This document shows, piece by piece, positions 49,729 to 59,329 of a stretch of DNA of 64,000 nt (its first letter is position 1; each line of letters opens with the position of its first letter). Source of the DNA: a virus (Duplodnaviria; Caudoviricetes); the IMG/VR virus record IMGVR_UViG_3300042363_001351, positions 32,001 through 96,000 of that record; one strand, given 5' to 3'. The notes beneath the pieces are model-generated. The model made no database searches, was not told the origin of the DNA, and saw only the letters and a list, made by a program, of their open reading frames with translations. The position numbers and the translations under genes are program-made.

Positions 49729-50478
49729 TTAATGTTTTGCCTCTAAAACATCAACAATAAATCGTAAAATTTTACTTCTTACGATTTCTGTTTCACCAAA
49801 TTTAAATGCGTAGATTTCATTATCTACGCATTTTTCATTGTTAAAGCGTTTAAATATCTCTTCGTATCCCGAAGCTTTACCAATGTCAGATTGCTTTAAA
49901 TCTCCACAAACAATATATTTTGTATTTTTACCAAAGCGGGTTAATATTGTAACAAGCTCACCCTTGGTTAAGTTCTGTGCTTCATCTACTATTACAACAC
50001 TATCGTTGAATGTAAGTCCTCTAACAAAGTTAACAGGCACTGCATGTATAATGTTACTAGACTGTAGTAACCCGCATGTACTATCATCGGTAACCTCTCT
50101 AACCTTTTCAATTAAAGGCATTGCGTAAGGTAAGAATTTATCATCTACCTCACCTGGAAGTGCACCAATAGATCTTGACGCAGACTCAATAACAGATCTA
50201 ATGTAGGTAATACCTCGCGTCTTTTGATCTTTTATAAGCTCCAACCCAGCAAGTACGGCAATATATGACTTTGCACTACCCGCTGGTCCATCAACAAAGA
50301 CCATATTAGTCTCTTCACGCTTTATGCATTCATAAAACGCTTTGTGGTTGGTATTGAAGTAGAAGGGCTTTTTAATTTTAAAATTAAAAAGCCAGTTTTT
50401 TTGGATAGAATCTTCGATATCTACTAATTCATCCAAACCTGCATTTTTACGCTTACGCGTAGGGGACTTGTGAGTCAT
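49729..50478 (-). CDS. phoH: PhoH-family protein
   Basis: GPAGSAKS, LPG, RGLTF, DEAQN, LTRFG, GD..QSD, IVRS. Confidence 0.93.
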   Translation of the reverse strand: MTHKSPTRKRKNAGLDELVDIEDSIQKNWLFNFKIKKPFYFNTNHKAFYECIKREETNMVFVDGPAGSAKSYIAVLAGLELIKDQKTRGITYIRSVIESASRSIGALPGEVDDKFLPYAMPLIEKVREVTDDSTCGLLQSSNIIHAVPVNFVRGLTFNDSVVIVDEAQNLTKGELVTILTRFGKNTKYIVCGDLKQSDIGKASGYEEIFKRFNNEKCVDNEIYAFKFGETEIVRSKILRFIVDVLEAKH

Positions 50479-50539
50479 GCACTAGTATTTATTCAAAAAC
50501 ACTTGATTCTATTAGGAACTATATCATAATATTATATAT

Positions 50540-51301
50540 ATGAGTACGGATTATAATACAGAGACTATCTTTTTAAGTGATGATCTTGTCTTTTACACAC
50601 TAGAAGGGGAAGGTGAGTATATCGGTCAACCTTCTGTCTTTATGAGGATGTCCATGTGTAATTTGAGTTGTTCCGGGTTTGCGTCAAAAGATTCTCCTAA
50701 TGGTTGTGATTCGTTTATTTCTTGGTCAGTAAAGAATAAGAAGTCATTTAATGAAATCTTCGAACTCATGGAGACCGGTAATCACGTCACTCACTTGCGT
50801 GAGGGTGCTATTTGGAAGCTAACTGGTGGTGAGCCTATGATTCAGCAGAAACAATTGCTTAAATTTGTTGAGGCGTTTAGAGATCGATATAATTTTACAC
50901 CTCGGATCGATTTCGAGACTAATGCTACTTTAATGCCTGATGAGCGTTGGGTTACAGAATTTAATGCTACTTTTACTACCTCACCTAAACTTACCACTAA
51001 CGGCGATCCAGAGGAAAAGACCTATAAGCCAGAAGTACTGAAATGGCATAAAGATCATAACTCTGGATTCAAATTTGTAATTAGCAGATCAGAAGACATT
51101 GAAGAAATCTGGCGTAAATATGTAAACGATAAGGAAAATATTAACGTACCACTTAGTCGTGTATGGTTTATGCCATGTTGCGGGTCACGCGAAGAGCATA
51201 TTGAGAAAGCTCCAGCTGTTGCAGAATACGCTAAAGCAATGCATGTTAATTTTAGTCCTAGACTGCATCTTTTGTTGTGGAATTTAGCTCTCCGAGTATA
51301 A
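50540..51301 (+). CDS. queE: 7-carboxy-7-deazaguanine synthase QueE (radical SAM)
   Basis: FYTLEGEG..G.PSVF.R..CNLSC...CDS, LTGGEP, ETN, SPK, KFV, PRLH. Confidence 0.9.
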   Translation: MSTDYNTETIFLSDDLVFYTLEGEGEYIGQPSVFMRMSMCNLSCSGFASKDSPNGCDSFISWSVKNKKSFNEIFELMETGNHVTHLREGAIWKLTGGEPMIQQKQLLKFVEAFRDRYNFTPRIDFETNATLMPDERWVTEFNATFTTSPKLTTNGDPEEKTYKPEVLKWHKDHNSGFKFVISRSEDIEEIWRKYVNDKENINVPLSRVWFMPCCGSREEHIEKAPAVAEYAKAMHVNFSPRLHLLLWNLALRV

Positions 51302-51306
51302 TTGTT

Positions 51307-51939
51307 ATGAGAAATGTTAATCTTCCTAAATCTCGAGTTTATATCCGTAAAGACGCTTTTGGTGGTAGTGTAGAAGAATTTGAGCCAGCATGGCTGGTAT
51401 CTGTTAGAGCATTAAGAAATCGCCCTTTCGTATTTCAGGTATGGGTAGATGCTTATGCGGCATGCTATGATAAAATACCACCTCAATGTGTATACTGGCG
51501 CGAGCCTGAAACGTATCATAACGCTTTACCTCTACATAAAATTCAAATGTGGGAATGTTTAAGTGGATCTGTAGAGCTCTGGCAAAAATTACAACTAGTT
51601 GATGTACCTATGCTTGTTAATCTTGGTAAAGGAGCTCAGCCGATGACAGGTCACTACTGGTTTACTCTTGACTTTCTTCCTGAGAATAATTCTTTAGGAA
51701 TGCTAGATGTAGGAGATGTCGAGCTGTTAGAAGAACATAAAGAGGGTAATGTAATTAAATTAGAGAATGGACAAATAGCTATTTACCCAAATAATAGACT
51801 CAAATGGTTACCTATATCACTAACACCGCAAAGTGCTATAAGCGAGATTCCTAATTGGGAGGTAGCAACAAATGAAAAATGGGATGACTGGTGGGATGAT
51901 TCGAATGAAATTCTTGGTGATGCTAAGTGGGCATATTAA
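51307..51939 (+). CDS. Hypothetical protein; start probably ATG 51307
   Basis: Well-formed ORF, ..YWFTLD..EHK..LENGQIAIYPNNRL.W; function unknown. Confidence 0.6.
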   Translation: MRNVNLPKSRVYIRKDAFGGSVEEFEPAWLVSVRALRNRPFVFQVWVDAYAACYDKIPPQCVYWREPETYHNALPLHKIQMWECLSGSVELWQKLQLVDVPMLVNLGKGAQPMTGHYWFTLDFLPENNSLGMLDVGDVELLEEHKEGNVIKLENGQIAIYPNNRLKWLPISLTPQSAISEIPNWEVATNEKWDDWWDDSNEILGDAKWAY

Positions 51940-51956
51940 CTTTTTTTAGTTATATA

Positions 51957-52559
51957 ATGAAAGCCTATAAGACTCTTGTATTAAATAAGTATTATTTTCC
52001 TGTTGCTGTTGAAGGAGTGCAGAAAACATTTGGAAATATATTTTCCGGTGCGGTAATACCTCTCGATATAACATACGAAGAGGGAGATGATGCTAGTGTA
52101 AATCTAGAGAATGTAGAGTACTTTACTACGGTCCCTGGGGTTAAAGATTGGCTATTGTTACCTATAAGGCCTTATGATGATTATCTGCACACAGCGCGAG
52201 GACCTGTAAGAATTCCTCAGGTAGTAATCTGCACAAACTTCGATAGAGTTATTTTTAATCGCGTACAGTTTCCTACTAAACATAATATCTATAAAAGAGA
52301 TAATTACACTTGCGTATATACAGGTAAAAAATTAACTAAAGAAGAACTTAGTGTTGACCATGTAGTACCTAAAAGTAAGGGTGGTAAAGATACGTGGGAG
52401 AATCTTGTAACGTGTGACAGACTTCTAAACTCTAAAAAAAGTAACAAGTATTTGAGTGAGGTAGGTCTTAAGTTAAGATATAGACCATATAAACCAAATA
52501 ATGGACTTACTTTCGATATTTACAAAGATGAATGGTCTTCTTTCTTGAAAAATTGCTAA
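51957..52559 (+). CDS. HNH endonuclease (McrA-like); start probably ATG 51957
   Basis: LVLN..RDNYTC.Y.G..SVDHVVPKSKGG..WENLV.C...N..K. Confidence 0.88.
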   Translation: MKAYKTLVLNKYYFPVAVEGVQKTFGNIFSGAVIPLDITYEEGDDASVNLENVEYFTTVPGVKDWLLLPIRPYDDYLHTARGPVRIPQVVICTNFDRVIFNRVQFPTKHNIYKRDNYTCVYTGKKLTKEELSVDHVVPKSKGGKDTWENLVTCDRLLNSKKSNKYLSEVGLKLRYRPYKPNNGLTFDIYKDEWSSFLKNC

Positions 52560-52577
52560 TAGCGCATATATAACAAT

Positions 52578-53309
52578 ATGCGCATAGCTTTCTCAGGTAC
52601 AGCAAATACAGGCAAAACAACTCTTATTAACAATTTCTTAGCTGTTTGGTCCCAGTATACAACTCCAGAAAAAACCTATAGGGATCTTATTAAGGAAAAA
52701 AACTTAACACATTCCTCATCTACTACAACCGATACGCAGTGGGACATTCTTAATTTTATGATTGATCAGCTTCAGTCATATGATAAAAATTCTAAGGTGG
52801 TATATGATAGATGCCCGTTGGATAATTTAGCTTATACGCTATGGGCTCACGATAAAGGAATTGAAGGATTTGATAAGAAATATGTTGATAAGTGCATTAC
52901 CTTAACAAAGGAATCCATGAGACATTTAGATATTATCTTTTTATTAGAGTATGACGGTTCAATTAAAGTAGAGGATGATGGATTAAGAGATGCAAATGTA
53001 GAATATATAAAAGAAATAGATAACATCTTTAAAGCGTTATTTGCTCAATACGAACAAAACTATGATGCTGATATATTTTTCCCTAAGGATGACTCTCCTG
53101 GTATAATTGTATTACCTACTAATCCACAAAGACGTATTGATATTATTTCAGAATATATTAATACCGATGGCGAACTCTACGGAGACGAACACTCCTTATT
53201 CAACCCAGAGAAGCTGGATGAGCTCGAAACTCTTGTTAGACAGCAAAAAGCTGCCCTAGAACAAGAAGAGAAGGAGAAAGAGCTGTTTAAGAAGTTTGGG
53301 TTAACTTAA
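52578..53309 (+). CDS. P-loop nucleotide-kinase-like protein (AAA_28/dNMP kinase type)
   Basis: IAFSGTANTGKTT..YDRCPLDNLAY..DDGLR. Confidence 0.7.
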   Translation: MRIAFSGTANTGKTTLINNFLAVWSQYTTPEKTYRDLIKEKNLTHSSSTTTDTQWDILNFMIDQLQSYDKNSKVVYDRCPLDNLAYTLWAHDKGIEGFDKKYVDKCITLTKESMRHLDIIFLLEYDGSIKVEDDGLRDANVEYIKEIDNIFKALFAQYEQNYDADIFFPKDDSPGIIVLPTNPQRRIDIISEYINTDGELYGDEHSLFNPEKLDELETLVRQQKAALEQEEKEKELFKKFGLT

Positions 53310-54487
53310 ATGTTCTGGATTACTCCTGTAGTTCCGTAAGAGTGTCTATTACCACCCCAGGTCCAATACCTTACGTTTTGACCTGCATAAGTCATACTCA
53401 CTAACTGTATGAAGCTGTAACCAGGTAATATTCTAAAATTTGCATTTTGTGACATTGCTGATCCAGCAACTGCTTCATATATAGGCACTCCTGGAGAATT
53501 GATAAGCATTTGGCTCACAGTTGGAGTTTCGAGATTGAGAGAGTAACCGAAATAATAAGCATATGATCCAACTATGGGTGATACATAATGTATGCTATTT
53601 AAGTTTATAATTACAGGCTCTCTTGCAATAAAACTCACTTTATTGTTAGGCGTTCCTCCGAATCTCTCAAATGGTCCGTCATTGACTCCATTTTGACCTA
53701 ATGTTGTTGTAGTCCATCCTTGATCTACACCTCTATTATCTAAAATAGAAAACGAGACTGGCTCTCTATTATACATGTTCCAAACAAAAAGTTTTGGATG
53801 TGTTCCACTAATACCTACAGCAGCAGTAGTACCAAAACTGTATTCGGATTGACCTGCAATAGTTGTTCTAATACTACCTATTAGTCGTCTACTTCTATCT
53901 GTAGGGTGAAGCGCTATACCATCTATATAATTCGTCTCTGCCGTAGAAATAAAATTATTAGGTCCGACATTTTGATTAGACCACGGTCTCGAAGTAATTT
54001 CAAACGCTCCGCCTTTTATACCTAGATATATATCATAACATGTATCCGCTATACTACAAATATTAACTAACGAAGTTCCTATAACAGTATTATAGGTATA
54101 CGCCTTCCATGCAGATAACGCTGTGTCGTAGAGTGTAACTGTATCTCCTTTAAATGGATGAACGTACAAAGTACCAGCATTTAAACCAGTAAGACTTGCA
54201 GTCGGTGTAGGGTTAGTTGGATTTAGCGACATCCTAACGTTCATTATACTAGGGAGAGCTGCGTTAGATACTATCTTAAGTTCAGCGCTTAAAATACTTA
54301 TATCTGTCGCGTAAGTGCTAAGAACTCCTGCAAATGTTGTTTGCTCAATAGGAAGTATAACATCCTTATAATCAATAATATTTGTACCTTGTGGATTCTC
54401 TACGATTAAGAAATCACCACTTGTTACATTGAATACTTGTGGTAATTCTTTTATATTCGTATATGTCTTGGTATCGCAGTTGGCCAT
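53306..54487 (-). CDS. Late virion fibre/spike-like protein, outside the tail cluster
   Basis: TAAATA upstream; NIKELP..GDFLIV N-terminal anchor-like motif; beta-rich. Confidence 0.5.
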   Translation of the reverse strand: MANCDTKTYTNIKELPQVFNVTSGDFLIVENPQGTNIIDYKDVILPIEQTTFAGVLSTYATDISILSAELKIVSNAALPSIMNVRMSLNPTNPTPTASLTGLNAGTLYVHPFKGDTVTLYDTALSAWKAYTYNTVIGTSLVNICSIADTCYDIYLGIKGGAFEITSRPWSNQNVGPNNFISTAETNYIDGIALHPTDRSRRLIGSIRTTIAGQSEYSFGTTAAVGISGTHPKLFVWNMYNREPVSFSILDNRGVDQGWTTTTLGQNGVNDGPFERFGGTPNNKVSFIAREPVIINLNSIHYVSPIVGSYAYYFGYSLNLETPTVSQMLINSPGVPIYEAVAGSAMSQNANFRILPGYSFIQLVSMTYAGQNVRYWTWGGNRHSYGTTGVIQNI

Positions 54488-54539
54488 ATTTATATTTATT
54501 AGAGTTGATTTTTTTCCTATGTGTAGATAATTAAATTAG

Positions 54540-55385
54540 ATGGTTGAAAGGAAAGAAAAGATAGGCGTTGGTATTATTACTTGTAACAGACCTGATTATT
54601 TAATTGGTCTTTTAAATTCTTTAGTTCAATGCGAAGATATTATTGATGAACTAGTTATAATCAATGATGGTAACCCTGTTAAAGATTTCAAATCTCCTCT
54701 TAAAAACTATAATTGGTTGGATAATCCTGAAAATATAGGGGTAGGTAAATCGAAAAATAAAGCTATGCAACATCTCTTAGATAAAGAATGTGATTTTATC
54801 TTTATTATAGAAGATGATATGATTATATTAGACCCTACTATATTTACCAAATATATAGAAGCATACAAGTTAAGTGGTATACATCACTTTAACTACGGGC
54901 CAGGTTCACCATTTAATCGTAAACAGGATATTCAATTTGATTTACATAATAGACATCTACTCAAGCAAGACACGGAACCTAATCCAAAAATGGTATTGGA
55001 TTATAAAACAGTAAAGGTTTCCTTGTTTGAGCATACTGTAGCGATGTTTTCTTTCTTTACTAAGGAGGTACTCGAGAAAGTTGGTCTTATAGATGAAAGG
55101 TTTTATAATGCTTGGGAGCATGTTGATCATACATATCGCATTATAAAAGCTGGATATCATCCGCCATTTTGGTGGTTTGCAGATTTATATGACAGTCATA
55201 AGTATCTTACAGAAGCTCCCGGAGCTATAGATAACTCTTCCATTGCCAATAAAACAGAACAATGGGAAAAAAATGTTTATGGTGGGAGAGAAATATATAA
55301 GCAGAAACATGGTCACTATCCTAATCAGCCACCTTATACCTCGAAGGATGAGGTTATTAAAACAATCAAACATTTAAAAAAATAA
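54540..55385 (+). CDS. GT2 glycosyltransferase
   Basis: GIITCNR, INDG, N.GVGKSKN, EDD, VGLIDERF..WEHVD. Confidence 0.88.
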   Translation: MVERKEKIGVGIITCNRPDYLIGLLNSLVQCEDIIDELVIINDGNPVKDFKSPLKNYNWLDNPENIGVGKSKNKAMQHLLDKECDFIFIIEDDMIILDPTIFTKYIEAYKLSGIHHFNYGPGSPFNRKQDIQFDLHNRHLLKQDTEPNPKMVLDYKTVKVSLFEHTVAMFSFFTKEVLEKVGLIDERFYNAWEHVDHTYRIIKAGYHPPFWWFADLYDSHKYLTEAPGAIDNSSIANKTEQWEKNVYGGREIYKQKHGHYPNQPPYTSKDEVIKTIKHLKK

Positions 55386-55972
55386 TGATATTATCTAAAA
55401 ACGAACTAGACAGTCAAAATATTGAAGAATTTGAAGATCTCTTACAAGAATATAAAAAGATATCTCCAAAATATTTTATGGAGATTGGATCGATGTACGG
55501 CTGGTCTTTGCAGCATTTTATTCATTATGGTGAATATGAATCTACTGCTGTAGTAGTTGACTTGCCGGTTAGACATTTCGTAGGACCGGGAGACTGGAGA
55601 GTAGAAAAACAGGAATATAATTATAAAAATGAATGGCCTAAATGGGCCAAGGAAAGGAAATGTAAGTTGTTTTTAATTCCAGATAGTTCGCTTAAGCAGA
55701 CTACTCTGCAGAAAGTACGAGACATTTTAGGTAATAATAAGCTTGACTTTCTTTTTATAGATGGAGATCATAGGTATGAAGCTATTAAGTCTGATTATGA
55801 AATGTATTCACCTCTTGTAAAGAAAGGTGGTGTAGTGGGATTTCATGATATAGGCGAAAAGGAAGAAGGTGGCGGTCGTCGGTTTTGGCTAGAAATAAAA
55901 GATAAGTTTCAGCACAGAGAAATCTTAAAAGATAAAAATAAAGAAAAAGGCATAGGTTTATTATATGTTTAA
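55385..55972 (+). CDS. Class I SAM methyltransferase (Methyltransf_24-like)
   Basis: EIGSMYGWS, DFLFIDGDHRYE..DY..GGVVGFHD. Confidence 0.85.
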   Translation: MILSKNELDSQNIEEFEDLLQEYKKISPKYFMEIGSMYGWSLQHFIHYGEYESTAVVVDLPVRHFVGPGDWRVEKQEYNYKNEWPKWAKERKCKLFLIPDSSLKQTTLQKVRDILGNNKLDFLFIDGDHRYEAIKSDYEMYSPLVKKGGVVGFHDIGEKEEGGGRRFWLEIKDKFQHREILKDKNKEKGIGLLYV

Positions 55973-56786
55973 AATTGCCGTCGGTACAAATTTATTTGGT
56001 TCATGCCCTAGACAAGATCTAGGGATACAGAGTTTACTTAAGTGTAAAAAAATACTGGGTGATCAAATTGATCTTTTTAATGTACAATTTGCTAACGGTA
56101 AGGACTTAACAGAGCATAGCGAAATAAAGACATTAAAATGTTTAACAAAAACCTCTAAAGAAGTATGTAATGGTGAGAGAGAGCTTCCAATAGTTCGTGA
56201 AATATTCGATAAATTAGCTGATCTAGGGTATGATTATTTTTGCTTTGTTAATTCTGATATAATTGTTACCCCTAATTTTTTTAAAGAAATTCTAAAAGAA
56301 AATCATGAAGCTTATATTGCTTCGCGTTTAGCTATCGAAGGAGATATACAGGATTTAAATTTTACTATTTCTATAAACGAATCAAAAGGTAAGGTAAGAA
56401 ATAGCCATTATCAAGTTTCTGGTTTCGACGCTTTTACTATAAAAACTGATTGGTGGAAGGAAAATAGACTTATTTTCCCTGAGTACGTATTTGCTGTAGT
56501 ATATTGGGACACGCATTATGCTACATTATTGCTAAAAAATGCAGATACATATATGCAAAATAAAAAACCAACATTATTTCACATAATACACGAAGATAAG
56601 TCCTCGTCACAGTGTGAAGAGTTCTTTTATAATCAGGATACTTTTTCGAAAAAGTATACAGAGGATTTTAATCTATGGCACAGATTTTTATTTGAAGTTC
56701 TTCTAAGAAGAGGTATTAATAATAACTATGTGTATCCTTTTCCTGATGAGATAGAAAAACAATATCAATATTTTAAATCAAACTAA
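55965..56786 (+). CDS. Putative glycosyltransferase
   Basis: FVNSDI, GFDAF, WD..H..H; glycan-cluster context. Confidence 0.6.
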   Translation: MFKIAVGTNLFGSCPRQDLGIQSLLKCKKILGDQIDLFNVQFANGKDLTEHSEIKTLKCLTKTSKEVCNGERELPIVREIFDKLADLGYDYFCFVNSDIIVTPNFFKEILKENHEAYIASRLAIEGDIQDLNFTISINESKGKVRNSHYQVSGFDAFTIKTDWWKENRLIFPEYVFAVVYWDTHYATLLLKNADTYMQNKKPTLFHIIHEDKSSSQCEEFFYNQDTFSKKYTEDFNLWHRFLFEVLLRRGINNNYVYPFPDEIEKQYQYFKSN

Positions 56787-57664
56787 TGATAGTACAGATT
56801 ACAATTACTAAAAACGAGTGCTTTTTATTAAAGGAAATGTTGCCTATATGGAGCAAGTATGCTGATGGATTTTTATTTTATAATGATGATTCGACAGATG
56901 ATACTCTTGAGTTTCTCGAACAAAATAAAGAAAAATACAATATCCTCTCTATTATAAACAGACGGGAAGATAACTCAAAACATCTCAAGATGGAATCCAA
57001 TATGAGGCAGCAGCTTTATGATGAAGCTTTAAAATATACAGATAAAATTATTTGTATGGATTCAGATGAATATCTTGAAAGTGATTTAACTAAGGAAAAC
57101 TTAGAAAATATACTAGATCAAGCTACTGACTGTACCTTTTATCTTCAATGGGTTCAATATGCTAGTAAGGATACCGTTAGGGTTGATGGTAGTTGGAAGT
57201 GGACTCCTACGGATAGAATAGGTAAATACAATCAAAGAGCTCTCTACCCTACAAGTCAATCACATTCACTTCATTTACCTCAAACAACAAACGCACAAAT
57301 ATTTCCTCCTGATGTAATGTATATAGCTCACTTACAGTGGCTAGATAAAAGATGGGTCGGAGTAAAGCAATATTATTGGAAGGTATGGGACTATATAAAT
57401 AGACTTATTCACAATGTTAAGACTATCGGCTCTGAGGGGTACGATCATTCTGTAAATAATTTTGAATGGGAGTATGCTTACGCGCCAAAGGAACTAAGAG
57501 TTAGAGAAGATATTTATAAAGTACAAGATATGAAAAAGAATGATAAATTACTTCTTATTCAAGAATATACACAAAAATATGATATACCTAATTTAGGAGA
57601 TTGGGGCATGGGCATTTACGACTATATTACTAAAAAAAATAACACCGAATCGAAAGATAGATAA
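56786..57664 (+). CDS. GT2-like glycosyltransferase
   Basis: KNE, DDSTDDT, DSDE. Confidence 0.75.
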   Translation: MIVQITITKNECFLLKEMLPIWSKYADGFLFYNDDSTDDTLEFLEQNKEKYNILSIINRREDNSKHLKMESNMRQQLYDEALKYTDKIICMDSDEYLESDLTKENLENILDQATDCTFYLQWVQYASKDTVRVDGSWKWTPTDRIGKYNQRALYPTSQSHSLHLPQTTNAQIFPPDVMYIAHLQWLDKRWVGVKQYYWKVWDYINRLIHNVKTIGSEGYDHSVNNFEWEYAYAPKELRVREDIYKVQDMKKNDKLLLIQEYTQKYDIPNLGDWGMGIYDYITKKNNTESKDR

Positions 57665-57666
57665 TT

Positions 57667-58518
57667 ATGTATTTTTGTACAGCAGCCGATAGCGGCCATT
57701 ATCCTGTTTTATTAAACATGATAGGCTCTTTGTTCAAACACAATGCTCAAAGTATTGAAGGTATAGCTGTGTTTGACTTAGGTCTAACAGCTAGCGAGAT
57801 TAACGAAATTAAAAAAATAGACAAAGTTCAAGTTGTCGAAGTTGAGAAAATTCACCCTCTTATTATAACACCGCTTCATTCAGACAATAGTAGATGGGTG
57901 AAAGGTCTTTTTTCATGGAAAGCTGTAGCTATAAAACAAGCCTTGGAAATGTTTCCTTATGTACTGTATTTAGATGCAGGTACAACTATACTCAAACCCC
58001 TCGATCCGCTTTTTAAACATATACTACAGAATGATTATTTTATTACTGACTGCGGACACTCTATCAAATGGATGACTACTAAATATATTATTAATAAATT
58101 TAGACTAAACACATCACAAACAGATTGGATTTTAAGGGATAGTGTATTAGGTATTGATGCAGGGTTTATTGGTTTAACGCAAAAAATGTATAATCAATTT
58201 ATTTTACCGCTTTACGAGCTATCCAAAGAAATTCAAAATTTCGTTGATGATGGTACCTGTCCTGAAGGTTGGGGTACAGCAAGACACGATCAAACCCTAT
58301 TCAGTATACTAGCTAGGCAGTTAGATTTAACTGTACTAAACCATGATAGAGAAATTGAGGAATGCATTTTAACTTACAGTGATTATAAGACACCTTTTCA
58401 TATAACCCACGCAGCTCACAAAGTACGTGAAGATACTTGTATATATAGATCGAGAAGAAATATAGATATGAATATGTTAAATCATCATATTAGTTTTTTA
58501 AGAAAATCTTCTAATTAG
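57667..58518 (+). CDS. Putative glycosyltransferase (DUF1647-like)
   Basis: TAAD..H, FDLGL, WK, LYLDAG, RHDQ. Confidence 0.65.
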   Translation: MYFCTAADSGHYPVLLNMIGSLFKHNAQSIEGIAVFDLGLTASEINEIKKIDKVQVVEVEKIHPLIITPLHSDNSRWVKGLFSWKAVAIKQALEMFPYVLYLDAGTTILKPLDPLFKHILQNDYFITDCGHSIKWMTTKYIINKFRLNTSQTDWILRDSVLGIDAGFIGLTQKMYNQFILPLYELSKEIQNFVDDGTCPEGWGTARHDQTLFSILARQLDLTVLNHDREIEECILTYSDYKTPFHITHAAHKVREDTCIYRSRRNIDMNMLNHHISFLRKSSN

Positions 58519-58521
58519 TCT

Positions 58522-59328
58522 ATGAAAATAGCATTATGCTTAGCGGGTCAAATAAGAACCTTAGACGCGAAAATAGTAATACAAAGTCTTAAGACTTTTT
58601 TTCTACAAAACTACGACTGTGATGTCTATATTAGTACTTGGGACAATCGAGGGGTATCATATTGTCACGGTAATGTGAGTGAGGCTGAACGAATTAAATC
58701 TAATAATTTAATAACTGCAGACGTAATCCGAGACATAATTCCAGGTAGTCTTGTAGAAGTAGAAAATTTGAATCAATGGATAGAAAATCTCACACCGGAA
58801 TATAGATGGTACTACGAAAACTGTCATGTACATCATAAGGGATTTCTACCACAGCTCTATAAAAAGCATAGAGCTTATGAAATGATTAGAGATAGATCAG
58901 AGGTAAATTATGATTATATCATAATAACAAGACCTGATATATTTTATTGGGAGAATTTAAACATAGAAAAATATTTAAAAGAAAAAAACACTATATTTAA
59001 TTTTAATCTCGAAGGTAGTATGTGCTACCATCCAAGCAGAATATACGATATCTTCTACATGGGCGATAGGGAAAGTGTTGAAGGTATATCTGAGACATAT
59101 AACAATATTAAGTACTTACTAGACGATCCGTTCGGTAGCGGGTTGGATACATTTGATGCTTGTAAGATGTTATATTTGTTTGCTAGAAAATATAAAAACT
59201 TGAACGTTCAAACAGTTAGTTCAATTCCAGGAGCTATATTTAGAGGTGATACTGAAACAGAAATGCATTACTATTCTAAACTAACAGGGTTTGACGTTGA
59301 TACTCTTAAAAAACAAATTAATATTTAA
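58522..59328 (+). CDS. Glycan-cluster protein, possible glycosyltransferase
   Basis: MKIALCLAGQIRT..DVYISTW..YDYIIITRPD. Confidence 0.55.
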   Translation: MKIALCLAGQIRTLDAKIVIQSLKTFFLQNYDCDVYISTWDNRGVSYCHGNVSEAERIKSNNLITADVIRDIIPGSLVEVENLNQWIENLTPEYRWYYENCHVHHKGFLPQLYKKHRAYEMIRDRSEVNYDYIIITRPDIFYWENLNIEKYLKEKNTIFNFNLEGSMCYHPSRIYDIFYMGDRESVEGISETYNNIKYLLDDPFGSGLDTFDACKMLYLFARKYKNLNVQTVSSIPGAIFRGDTETEMHYYSKLTGFDVDTLKKQINI

Positions 59329-59329
59329 A

